NCBI RefSeq assembly: GCF_009914755.1
Contig: NC_060933.1
Source: the human T2T-CHM13v2.0 reference genome, Homo sapiens
Reading direction: 5' to 3' (one strand)
Length of the DNA: 64,000 bases
The position numbers and the translations under genes were made by a program. Of this stretch, positions 31,601 through 44,300 are shown one piece after another (the first letter of the stretch is position 1; every line of letters starts with the position of its first letter). The notes beneath the pieces are model-generated. The model ran no database searches. It was not told the origin of the DNA and worked only from the letters and a program-made list of their open reading frames with translations.

Positions 31601-33251
31601 CACTGAGGTAGTGATTTTAAATGCAAGCTGGAATAAATGAATTATGGAAGTTGTAGAAATGAAAAGATTTGCTTTAATTGATAGTCATGACTTGAATTGA
31701 TTAGCGAGGTTTAGAGTTTTAAGTTTACATCAGGGTTTTTTATGGAAGAGCACAGACCTCTTTGTTCTAAGACTCTGTTTGAACTAAGATGCATACGTAG
31801 TTTGGTTTCAAGTGAGACGTAAATGACTTAAACATTTTTATTCTTTACTGAGGGAAATCTTTTATGTTTGTTTAAAATGTCAAACATTTCCCACACATTA
31901 TTTTTTTAGATTAAGTATTAATATATAATAATCTGTCCTCATTTCATTGCATACCCTCGCAAACTTCATTTGAATCCTCTTTAATAGTACATAAATTATG
32001 GCTTTAAAAAATATTTTGAGTGGTCATGGTTATAAAGTTCTCCTTTATATTTGATCTGTTAATAATAATGAAGTTATCATTATTCATCATAATGTGAAAG
32101 AAGTGTAAATACCTGGAAATATTAAGTAGAAGAAAGGTCATAGAGTAATTCATTTTTCTTGGTTGATGTGAAAATGAGAGTGTCTTTATGGCAATAATGT
32201 AAAGCATAGAGTAACTATTTTAAGCATTTGTAAAAATCATTTAGAGCTTTTAAAATATTGGCTATTTGCCATACTGTTTTAATGTAAAACTTACTCTGTA
32301 TCGCCTGCCTTTGCTCTTCCTTTAAGTTAAATAAATATATTCAGATAAGATTAAAAACATTCTCAGTTGTGATAAATCTACAAATTACTTTTTAGTCCAT
32401 TGACTATGGCCTTCCTAAACAATTGAAACATTTTTCCTAGAGAGGTAAAGCATTCATAGGCTTTAAAGGTAAAATAGTAATGCAGTTTTATAAAATACTA
32501 TTTCAGTTATAGGTTTGGCTGAAAGGGGCATTGAGAGAACATGAACTTAGAGTTATAATTGCTTACTTTTAGGAGTAGATCAGATGCCACATGTCATCAT
32601 GGCATTTCTCTGCTTATAACCCTTCAACAGCTCTCTTTGGTGTGCCAGATAAAGTCCAAAGTCTTTAACTGGTCTGCAAGGCCCCTCCTGACCATCTGTA
32701 GGCTTATACTTGTAACTTGTCTTTTACTTCTTGCTTTGTACCATCAAACTGCTGATTTACATAGCTATATTGTTTATTCCTTGAGGGCCTTTGTTCATAC
32801 TGGTTTTTCTGCCTAGAATATGTATTCCTCTCTTCTTTGCCTAGTAACCTCAAGTTTTCTAGAAAGGCTTCCCATGAGTTGCATACCATATCAAACTGGA
32901 TCAGATGCCACCCACAGCTCGGAAGTCTCATAAAATACTTATGTATATATTTCTGATTCTAGATAGATACCAATGCAGTCTCCTATTGTTTTATAATTTC
33001 TTTTTGTATGTCTGGCTCTTCTAAAATACAAATTCCTTGAGAGAATGTACTCTGTGTTGATTACTTTTTATCTCGGGCACCCTAACACAATACTCAGTGG
33101 GTGCTCAGAAAATGTAAGTGGTAGGTGTTTTGAGCTTGAAGTGAAGGGAAGATAGTAGAACTTCAGATCTTTTGTTTCCATTTCTACTGTAACTATCCTA
33201 CAGCAGATCACCGTCATGTTACACTGGATATATTGGAAAGCCTTCAGACTG

Positions 33252-33517
33252 TTTTTTTGTTTTTGTTTTTATGTTATTGTTTTTGTTTTTTTTTTTTTTT
33301 GAGACAGGGTCTCGCTCTGTTGCCCAGGCTGGAGTCAGTGGAGTGATCTTGGCTCACTGCAACCTCTGCCTCCCAGGTTCTAGTAATTCTTCTGCCTCAG
33401 CCTCCTGAGTAGCTGGGATTACAGGTGTGTGCCACCATGCCGGCTAATTTTTTGTGTTTTAGTAGAGATGGGGTTTCGCCGTGTTGCCCAGGCTGATCTC
33501 GAACTCCTGAGCTCAGG
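33252..33517 (-). mobile_element. Alu, 5'-truncated
   Basis: Antisense Alu ending at gagctcagg. Confidence 0.85.
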
Positions 33518-34888
33518 TGGTTTTTTTACTCTCTAATTTTGTCACCTTCCAACTGCATCCTTAATGTGTTTCTTACACGGTGGCTATAGTTTTCTCTGTA
33601 AATCTAAAATCTGATTATGGCACCTTCCCAGTAGTCTCCAACTATTTTTAATAGTAACATATTGATCTTTTGTGAAAAGCAAAACTGTTTAACATAGTTT
33701 ACAAATGCCATGAATAATCTCAAAGTAGATTTCCAGCCTTAGACTTTGCTTTTCTCCTCATCACAGTCAGCTATACTGAACATTTTTCAGTCCCTAAGCG
33801 TATGCACATACTGTTCTCTCTGACCTGAATACTCTTTGCTTCTCCTTCCACCCCTGCACCAGTTCACCTGTGTAGTAATTTCTGTTCACCCTCAGGCTTC
33901 AGCTTCAGAGCCTTCTCTGACCACTCTCCCTTCCACAAGTCTAGGTTAAATACCTCTCATCTGTGCCCGTGTAGCACTCTATACTTACCAGTATTACAGT
34001 TCTTATTAGACTATACTGACTGAACTTGACTATTAATATGTCTGTATCATGCATTTTATGGTAAGATCTGTTAACAATAGCAGCAGCAGTAACTAATTTA
34101 TTGAGCACTTGTACTTTATATATAACCCAGGTACTGTGCAAAGTAAATATCACCTTATTTTACAAATGAGAAAAACCAGCCAAAGAGATGAAATACCCAA
34201 GGCAAACAGTTTATAAATAGCCAAATCAGAATTCTAACCCAAGTCTTTCTGACTAGGCCCAGGCTCCTAACCACTACACTATGTTGCCTCCTCCGAACTG
34301 TTTTTATGGTTTGCCATTGTGTCTGCAGCACCTCAGCACACTGATCAGCAGGTAGTAGGCATTTAATAAATGTCAACTCAATGAATGAATGATTGGTAAA
34401 ACCAATATGAGGAAATAAAGACTTGAAGGTAGATTTTAAAGTGTGAATTAATTCATCATCATAGCAGTGTTTAATGGGGAAAGTCCTACTGGGTTGACAA
34501 CTTTTTAAAACTCAAAAGAAGTAGAAGCAATGGAGTCATGGGCCAGAAGATTGAGGAGAAGAGTAGTGACAAAAAAGACACATATGGTAATGTTTGGTGA
34601 CAATCTTATTATTACCAATAGTGACTGATTATCATTAATAAAAATATATTACTTCCCTGCTTTCAACACCTTCTGTATCTGGTATTTACATTGAAATAGC
34701 CAAATAGAAGTTTAAGGATGAAAAATATTAAACCTATTTATATAGGTACGTCTCCTTGGAACATTGGCCAAGTAGAATAGTTTTCTTTTGGTGCTTCTTC
34801 CACATTTAGCCCTAGTTATTCAGATTGGATAGATAGTATTTGTAGCCATTTTTTAAATGACTGTGTAGATTAAAAAAATATGTGTGTA

Positions 34889-35040
34889 AGCTTGGTGTCA
34901 TGGCTTACGCCTGTAATTCTAGCATTTTGGGAAGCTGAGGCAGGAGGATCAGTTGAGGCCGGGAGTTCAAGACCAGCCTGGGCAACATAGCAAGACTGTG
35001 TGTCAATTAAAAACAAAAAAAAAATTTTTAGAAAAAAAAA
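34889..35040 (+). mobile_element. FLAM / Alu left monomer
   Basis: Single left arm with A-rich tail, flanked by aaaa(t)atgtgt. Confidence 0.82.
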
Positions 35041-35084
35041 ATGTGTTAACTAATCTGGGGAACAAGCTACCCTATGGATAAATC

Positions 35085-35411
<327 letters not shown>

Positions 35412-35545
35412 TAATCAATTTCCTTTTAGCCTAAATTTAATTAGACACCATTTAACGTGGCATTTGTTTTATGAAATCAATTTATGCTGTCTCTTTTCTA
35501 ACAAAGCAAATAAACTCTAAACATGGGGTTATTATGTTCATCCAG

Positions 35546-35661
35546 GAGCATTTCATACTACTGAAGCTGAAGCTAGTTCTCAGAGTTTGACTCAGATATA
35601 TGCCTTACCTGAAATTCCTCAAGATCAAAATGCTGCAGAATCGTGGGAAACCTTAGAAGCG
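35546..35661 (+). CDS. STX17: Syntaxin-17 exon 5 (AFHTTEAEASSQSLTQIYALPEIPQDQNAAESWETLEA)
   Basis: atccag acceptor, 116 nt (phase 1 to 0), GCG|gtatgt donor. Completes the split Gly codon from exon 4. Contains Y157 and the WETL LIR-like motif. Confidence 0.96.
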
Positions 35662-35733
35662 GTATGTTAAAAAATGTTTTCTTTTTGGTAGTTGTGAGGC
35701 ATAAAAGTAACTTCCTCTCCCTTTCTTTTAAAG

Positions 35734-35784
35734 GACTTAATTGAACTTAGCCAACTGGTCACTGACTTCTCTCTCCTAGTGAAT
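35734..35784 (+). CDS. STX17: Syntaxin-17 exon 6 (DLIELSQLVTDFSLLVN, SNARE motif N-half)
   Basis: Pyrimidine tract + aag acceptor, 51 nt, AAT|gtaagt donor. Confidence 0.96.
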
Positions 35785-36067
35785 GTAAGTATATAACTGT
35801 TTTGGATGCAGAATTGTTGGATTATTAGAATGAGAAGCTTTTATAATCACTAGGCTTTTAATTAGAATTTTAATAGAACTTATAATTTTTAAGACTGGTA
35901 TTAAGCCATAGATAGAAGTTTAACTGTTCTCAAATTCCAGATTAATTCAAGAAACTTTTATTAAGCACTTGTTATATACAAGCAGTGTGTTAGATGCTTA
36001 ACATTGAGAGTGTGGTCAGGTTGGATATAGAAATAAATGAAGCCCATTCTCTGCCTTTGAAGATTCT

Positions 36068-36370
36068 TGTTTTTTGTGTTTTTTTTTTTTGAGACGGAGT
36101 CTCACTCTGTCGCCCAGGCTGGAATGCAGTGGCACAGTCTTGGCTCACTGCAACCTCCGCCTCCCAGATTCAAGCGATTTGCCTCCCTCAGCCTCCTGAG
36201 TAGCTGGGATTACAGGCACGTGCCACCATGCCCAGCTAGTTTTTGTATTTTTAGTGAAGGCGGGGTTTCACCATGTTGGTCAGGCTGGTCTCAAACTCCT
36301 GACCTCATGATCCACCCGCCTCAGCCTCCCAAAGTTCTGGGATTACAGGCATGAGCCACCACGCCCTGCT
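36068..36370 (-). mobile_element. AluS-type inserted in an L2 fragment
   Basis: TSD tgcctttga(a/g)(g/c)attct. Confidence 0.88.
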
Positions 36371-39300
36371 GCCTTTGAGCATTCTACAGTGAGTGGAGAT
36401 AGGCCTGGACCCCAGAAACTGAGCTTTCAAGCATGATGGCTAAATGCAAAAGCAAGAATGAAGAGAGGTATTATCAGCTCCAAGGAAAAGCATTTAATTC
36501 CAAAGGAAGGAGGCAGGAGTCATAAGGTAGAAAGAAGCATTAAGGATAGCTTCACACAGGTAGACAGTATTTGTATGAGCCTTGAAAAATGAGTAAATAT
36601 CCACTGGGGGAAGTTATGGAGTATATTTGAGAAGCTGAACAAAGACATGGAGTAGAGAAGTGTATGGCCTGTTCCAGATTGACAAGTACTGCAGTATAAC
36701 CAAAGCATAAGGTACCATGGGCAAGCAAGGAGGGTGAGGGCCAGATTGTGATGGCTTTGAATGCCATGCTAAAGAATTTGAACTTTACTTTGTGGGCATT
36801 AGAAAGCCTAATACTGATTCTTGAGCAGGTTAGAGTCATGCAATTCAGTCTGTGCTTCAGAAAGATCACTGTTGGCTTTGTGAATAATGGCCTAAGAGAG
36901 GAGGAGGTCATGGAAAGGAAGACTGGTTAGGAATCAATTGCAAGAGTTCACCTGGAGCAATGGCAATACCAGTGTAAAGGTAAAGGACAGCTGAGAGATA
37001 TTTCTGGGGGACTTAACAGAAATTGGAGGAAGATGGAGTCAAAGATAAGGAACATTGTCTTTATTCTGCATAATTGGGTGTCAGTGATACTGTTAACATA
37101 GATTAGGAAGCACAAAGTCAATTTGTTGGGAAAGATAGATTTTCCACCATTTTTCTAAATTGTTCTTTTTGTCTTTCTCAGGAGTTATGGGAAGGTAGGA
37201 TGTATGAATACGTGTGTATGTATATTTATGTATGTGTGTCCACACAGGCATACCTGTTTCTGCTTGCAGTTCTGTCTAGGTTTAGTTCTTTGTTTCTGAT
37301 CTAACCATGATTTTGGGGTTATCTTTGAGTTACGGTTTCCCTGAGATCTAATTTTAAATGAGAAGTTCCTAGATCACACAATCAGAATTGGAATGAGAAA
37401 GGACTCAAGAGGCCAACTAATCTAATCCCTCTACTCTTGCCCCAATTTCTAAAATAAATGGTCTTTTAGCCTCTTTTGGAACAATTACAGCACAAGGATA
37501 TTGATACTTAAACTATTGCATTTGGAGGGTCTAACTCTTAGAAGGGTTAGAGTTAAAAGTGTCTGCCCTATAATAACTTCTTTTTGGCATTTTTGGCCTC
37601 TAAAGCTACGTACTGAACAAATTTTGCCTTCTTTCCATATGAAAGTCTTTCAAGGTTTTGAAACCATCATCTTTCCTCACTCTATCCCACCCCACCATAT
37701 TTTCTTCTCTTCAGAACCCTTGCTTCTTTTGCATTCCTTCTACAATATAATTTCTAGGCTTCTCAATACTGGCTTCTTACTATGCTTATGTTCCATATTC
37801 TGAATATTTTCTTGAAATGTGTTACCTAAAATTGAATGCAGTAAATTGTTTGAATTGCTTCTGGATGCCTCTAAGTTAGAAGAAGCAAAATATTTGAAGT
37901 TTCTGGATTAGGTATCTGTACAATATTAATATACTCGCAAACAGAAGGAAATAATAGAACAAGAATCCCAAAATATCTGTTGTTTCAGAATCAACATTTA
38001 TTCAACTATTGTAAACTAATAATCTCTGAATCCAGTGCAGTTTGTAAAACCTATACATGTATGGTTACACAAATATATACACTTGCCAAAAGTCATTGGT
38101 CTGTACACATAAAATGTGTTTTAATATATGTAAATTATACCTCAATAAAGCTGATTTTAAAAAACAAACTACACATGTACAAAGTTCTTACTCAGTACAA
38201 ACACATTTCTTTTCTACTGGGATAGGCACATAAAAGAAATATTAAAGGTCTGTGACCATAAGATAGTTACATGTTTGATTATATTATGTAAGCAGCTCAT
38301 AACCTCTAATCTAAGGGAGATTTGTGTAGGAAAACTCTGGCTGTAGCCACAGCTCTATACAAATGTCCTGTTTGTAATAATCTGTTTAAGTACATGAGAC
38401 AGAATGCTAATAAGCAAAAGCTCAAAGGAGAACCCCTGATTATTATTCCCAGGGTGACTAAGTTCTCATGACCACATGGCCAAGGATTCACAGAAGCTCT
38501 ATTTAGGCACAGAATGACCTAGGAACATAACCAGAGTGACCACATCCTCTCATTATCATCACATGGACATGATAGTGTCTAGACAAATTAACCATGTATT
38601 TAAGGAACACTTTCTATCTGCGTAGCACTGTGCTAAGCTTAATGAGGAATAGAAAAAAGCATTTAAAAAACTTACAAGATAGTAATAGTGGTTGCACAAT
38701 ATTGTGAAGTTACTTATTGCCACTAAATTGTACACTTCAAAATGGTTAAAATGGTAAATTTATGTTATATTTATTTTACCACTATAAAAAGAACTTACAA
38801 AGCCATTGACAGATCAAGGTATAGTACAATAAATGTTAATAAATTAATATCTACTAGGTACCCTGCTCTATTTTTCTTCAGCCTTTGTTGTTCAAGTGCC
38901 CTCTTCTCTCCCTATAACTTTGTAACTAGCCCTATTTCTAGTCAAGGAGAATTTAAAGAACCCTGGGCCAGTAGTTCAGTAACAACTCACCCTTGCTGCT
39001 AGTCTGTTTTGACTTCTGCCTTTTGCCTTATTCCCTGTCGTTTTTGTAATCCAGTTTTACTCTGGAAACATAAAAACTGGTTGCAATGGATTAGATCAGA
39101 TTCCTTCATTTATTACCTATGTGACCTTCAGGATGTTATTTGACAACAATGAGCTTTATAACACTGATGGGAGGACTAAATGAGGTAATGTGTATTATTA
39201 AGTACTTCCCATTCTGTTCCCTTCCACTGACCCCAACTGCATTCCCACTTTTGTCCTTCCTTTATTTTCATTCCTTGTTTGGCTCCTTGCAAAAATTCTA

Positions 39301-41672
39301 CTTTTTCCACCACTATTATCCTTAGGCATTTTAGTACTGGAATTCCTTCAGTCCCTTTCCAACTGCTGAATCCTCTGTTAGCAACATCCTACTTATCTAC
39401 TCTGCTTATTGCTTACTCGAAGCCAATATAATCACTTATTTTGCCTATATATCATAGTATTTATAAGTTTGTTTCTGGGCCTTTTTGTGTATATGATTGC
39501 ATATGATTAAGGAGTATATAGAATATATCATAGGAGTTTAGAACCAGAATAGCTCAATGTGAACAGGATTGGTCAAGATCTAAGATTAGAACTTGGCCTT
39601 GAAGGCTGGCTGGAATTTAGAGAGGAATAAATGGACGTACCTGGAGTTTTGGTATTACCCTCTTAAATAAACTCGTAGCTTTCCAAGAACCTTAAACTTT
39701 ACTACTATCAGAACTCTCTATGGAAGACCACTGTTAATGATATAAATGGATTTGGGGGTTAATTTTTGAATGTATTATTATTGCTTGACATAGAGGATGC
39801 TAGGCCTACAAGTGTCCCCAACAGGCATTCAAGAACAAAACAGTTCATTGGTTTTGAATTTATATTCCCAAATTGCATTCTGCTTGACAAGTATAATAAA
39901 TCACAGTTTATACAGAAACTTAGGTACTCCTATAGCTGTTCGTCAAGATTTGTTATGTTCAGGCCAATAGGGGGACTTAATTCAATGTTCTTTAAAATGA
40001 AATCCGTAGACATATTCTTAGAGTCATTTGAGAATTTTCTTTTTCTGTAAAAGGAGGTCAGTATATTACTCTAGCTTGAGAAACACTGCAGTGTAATGAG
40101 CTAAACACTTAAATATGGTTTAGCTCATTGTTAAAGGAATGCTGAGAACATATATGGGGTGCCAAACTATAAAATGGCAGGTATGGAATTTGAAGATTGT
40201 CAAATGTGGGAGGCCTAAGCAGATGAAAATAAACATGAGCAAATCAGAAGCAAAACCTCAGGGGAGATTGATAGATAGAGGTTAGGAGGCTCCTGCACCA
40301 CCATTAATGTTTAGAGCTTGATTTCACAGGCTGGGGCAGGGTTGTATATGTATCTTTTGGTCCCACAAAAAGAGCCAAGGACATAGTGGACAGGTAGTGA
40401 CCCAATTCAGCTCTGTATGGAGTCTGGTTTGGCATTCTGCTGATGGTAATTGACAACTCTGTGACAATAGTTTGCTGCCTAACTGTAACCTTTGTGGGGG
40501 TCAGTGAGTCCTCCTTACTCAAGAAGCAGAATTTGAAGATATGGGCAAAGTTTGAAGTTGCAAACCAAGCAAAATACGGACAAGAGAAAGGCAGACGTGC
40601 ACAATCGAGGGGTGATTATTGATCCCAGGATAGGGGCTGTCTGCCCTCTGCCTTATTCCCACACCCCAGCCCCATATCTTAGCATGCTTTCTGATGGCAT
40701 GAATAAATACTTATAGATGTGGGCTACTCCCCAGGGTGGGATGGGCCTCATCAAATGCTGGTGATTGCAATGATGGGGAACTTTGTAGTTCAAATAATTA
40801 GTGATCTCAGGATTGGTTTTTTGCCTGTGGTTGCTTCTTCAGTTATTCCAAATGATTTTTATGAAAAAATATTTAAATTATTTTAAAATTTTGCTTTAAT
40901 TTTTAAAAAGTCATAGAAGTACAATATCCAACCCTTTTTAAAGGAAGGAACATTAGAAAGTATTTCCCTGAGGCTTTACGATTACACTTGGGGTATAGAA
41001 ATGGCAATAATCCTGGCAGCCTCCTCCCTCTTGCTGGAATTATTTTGGGGCTGAAGGAAGGGAGACACTGACTATTTTTCCTCTACCTTTCAACTCATCA
41101 ACATATGACGGCTGATGGTAGAGTTTTAAGCCTGTGATTTATCTGCTAGCATAGACTGTTTCAGGCAAGAGTGGAAAGTGTTGGGGGTGTCCTAAATAGA
41201 AACAATGATAGGGTGTCAGAAATCTAGACAAGTTGTATATTATTAGTGCTGGAACTTTTTCTTCTATGGGTCAGAAAAAGAAAGCTGACTTAAATAAGTT
41301 TTGCTATTGAGGAAAATAAAAATTGAATGATTGAATGAATGCTAAAAGATACCTGAAGTTTTAGTGTCCTAGAATTTTCAAGCACCGAAAGAAAAAGTTA
41401 AATATATTTTTTGATAGAGAGATGAGAGTTAACACTTCCTTGGGGAAATTAGGATAAATTTTTCTATTTTTCCCCCCTCACACTTTGCAAACACATTTTA
41501 TCCCCACTTCAACTCTATGAAGGTATAAGTATCACTATTCTTACTTGATAAATGAGAATACCAACACCTAGAGAGCTTGAGTAATTTGTCTAAGAGCACA
41601 TAGTGGCGTTTGCTGAGATTTGAACACAGATTATCTGACTAAAGGTGGTGCCCTTGATCTGAGCACATATAA

Positions 41673-41837
41673 TAGTGGTTCTTAAAGTGTGAGAATTGTG
41701 GACTGGCAGCATCAGCATCACCTGGGAGCTTACTAGCTCAGGCTTCATCCCAGGCCTACTGGATCAGAAACTCCGGGGATTAGGCCCAGCAATCTGTGTT
41801 TTAAGAAGCCTCCAGGTGGAAGACTGAGAACCATTGT
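41673..41837. mobile_element. MER5A (hAT-Charlie MITE)
   Basis: agtggttcttaaagtgt...gcagcatcagcatcacctgggagctt...atcagaaactc...gagaaccattg, with terminal inverted repeats. Confidence 0.8.
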
Positions 41838-43279
41838 TAAAGTTGTCTCTCACAGAGACATTCAAAGGAAAACTGATAAGGGACTTTCTTAGGCATTGTT
41901 TTAGAGATGTCAAGATAGTGGTGGAGAATATTGGAATGAAGGGATACCACAATGGCGAAGATAGACATATTTTGTGTATGAGAAGGGAAGTAATATCAGT
42001 AATGCTAAGAGGAAACAAACATGGGGAAAAAGTAGCTGTGTGGTTTGGGCTTCATGTTTTCAAATGAAATAATGGTTGGAATTAGAAAAGTGTTGTATGT
42101 GTCTGCCTCAATATAAATGAATAGGCCAATTATATAAGGGCAATCAAACACTTCAGGATTAAAGTTGAATTATTTCACCCTCATTGCAGGTGGCATCTAT
42201 CTAGGATCAAAGAGAGATTCTCTTTTTTCTGCACATTAAAAAAACAAAACCAAAATAGTCTGTAAACTGTGATGGTTGATTATATGTTGGCTTATACATT
42301 TGTTGTTTATACATTTGTGATAGTTGGTTTATACATTTGCTAAATTTCATCATACTATACCATTAAAAGCAGTACTTGTTATATGTAAATTCTATCTAAA
42401 TAAAGTTGAATTAAAAATGGGAATGTGTTCCTACAGCAAGTAATGAGTTCGTGTCACTGGAGGTATCTGAGCAGAGGTTCAGTAACCACTTGTCAGGAAT
42501 GTTACAGTAGGGCTTCGCACATCAGAGAGGAGATTGACCTGATGACCTCAACATTCCTTCTACCCAGAGATTCCATGAGTCACAGTTGCTGTTGTGCCAG
42601 CACAGGTGTTGCCATTTTATGTAGAATGCTTTATTAATATATTTGATCTGAAACATTTTAAACTGTCATGATTTTAAAATGTATTAAGATACACAGGTGT
42701 AAAGCACAGAACAGTGATTTCATTCACTGTTCCCTACTGCATATTACAAATGGAAAGATCTCATAATAGATCAAACCGTATTGTAGTCTTGTTCCTGAAA
42801 CATAACAATTTGTATTTATTGGACCAAGGGCATTTTACTCCTAAGGTAAATGTGCCTGATTTAAACTGAATCCTCAAAGAAGGTAAGTTAGGGAGGTATT
42901 TTGGGGTTTGATTTTGTTGGGTTTTTTTTTTCCATCAAACCCAACATGACATGTAAATGCTTATTTGGATTTTTTTTTTCTGGAAAGTAGATTCATTTGG
43001 AGAATAATATGTTTGTATGTTTGAGTGAATTTTAGCGTGAGATGCTTTTTGCTGTAAAGTTGCCACCCTTTTATTACCTAATAATTAAGACCCCCCCCCT
43101 TTTTTTTATGAAAGTTAATTTGTCCTTTCGACATGGCTTATCAGATGCTATTAATGAACCACTATTAAGATGGCAAGGCTGCAGTACCCAGGGCCCTGAT
43201 TACAGGAATTAAAATAGTGTGTGTTGGCTCCCTGCTGCTCCCCAGCAGGACCGCTCACTCATAATTCCTTTGCATCTAG

Positions 43280-43366
43280 TCTCAGCAGGAGAAGATTGAC
43301 AGCATTGCAGACCATGTCAACAGTGCTGCTGTGAATGTTGAAGAGGGAACCAAAAACTTAGGGAAG
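43280..43366 (+). CDS. STX17: Syntaxin-17 exon 7 (SQQEKIDSIADHVNSAAVNVEEGTKNLGK, Qa-SNARE zero layer and C-half)
   Basis: cctttgcatctag acceptor, 87 nt, AAG|gtaaga donor. Typical syntaxin Q-x-E-x-I-D-x-I motif. Confidence 0.97.
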
Positions 43367-44060
43367 GTAAGATTCTGCTCCTGCTGACAAATCAATGGTA
43401 CTCTGGCTCCCAGGAATCTCTAGTATTAACCCAATTGATCTGCTCTCTTCAATGTTGAGGGAACCAGCAATTAAGGAAATAAGGAAGAAATGACACATAG
43501 GTAGTGTAAGAAATCAATGTTGTAATATTCTACTCTAAGATTCATTCTATCAGGAGAGGAATTTCTTCAAAGAGAGAATAAACTGTAGCTCTGCTGTAAG
43601 GCATTTGGTGTTACCAGGGAATATTTGCAGAGGGTAAAAGTGTAAGTATGTGACAGCACACATGGAGTGGGACCATCTATTTTCCATAGGATGTTGCTTT
43701 TAACCCCAGGCACACAGCACTGAATAATTTCTGTGCAACATAAAAGCTTTGGGGGAAATCTGTGGCTGCCGAAACAGTTTAAATAAGCCAGCTAGATAGT
43801 TAGTGAATTGATTGTTTTGCAAGTAAAATCAATTTGTAGCAGTCCACTCTTTGTAGCTCAGCTCTCTAAGTTCTGAGATCTGGAGCAATTGCAGTACCTG
43901 TGGAATACTTTCTTTTCCCCCCTACAAGTACAGTCTCTAAGGTTAATTATGTACCAAGAGTTAAAGAGGCATTGCCAGGAGTAATGAGAGGAAAACGCAC
44001 ATCACCACAGGCAGATATTCTCAACTCAGTTTCTAAATTGAATTTTTTTTTTTTTTACAG

Positions 44061-44300
44061 GCTGCAAAATACAAGCTGGCAGCTCTGCCTGTGGCAGGTG
44101 CACTCATCGGGGGAATGGTAGGGGGTCCTATTGGCCTCCTTGCAGGCTTCAAAGTGGCAGGAATTGCAGCTGCACTTGGTGGTGGGGTGTTGGGCTTCAC
44201 AGGTGGAAAATTGATACAAAGAAAGAAACAGAAAATGATGGAGAAGCTCACTTCCAGCTGTCCAGATCTTCCCAGCCAAACTGACAAGAAATGCAGTTAA
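44061..44300 (+). CDS. STX17: Syntaxin-17 last exon, coding part: two glycine-zipper transmembrane segments, basic RKKQK tail, C-terminal KKCS
   Basis: T14-acag acceptor. AAKYKLAALPVAGALIGGMVGGPIGLLAGFKVAGIAAALGGGVLGFTGGKLIQRKKQK...DKKCS, TAA at 44298-44300. Exons 3-8 total 261 aa, consistent with the 302-aa protein. Confidence 0.98.
   Translation, partial: AAKYKLAALPVAGALIGGMVGGPIGLLAGFKVAGIAAALGGGVLGFTGGKLIQRKKQKMMEKLTSSCPDLPSQTDKKCS

Noticed and set aside
42292-42339. Three spaced copies of ttatacatttg
   Set aside because: Short slippage repeats in an old L1 3' remnant. Irregular 4- and 11-nt spacers, so not CRISPR-like.
44043-44056. T14 tract at the last STX17 acceptor as a microsatellite-instability target
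   Set aside because: Common feature. Moderate shortening would still leave a strong pyrimidine tract.
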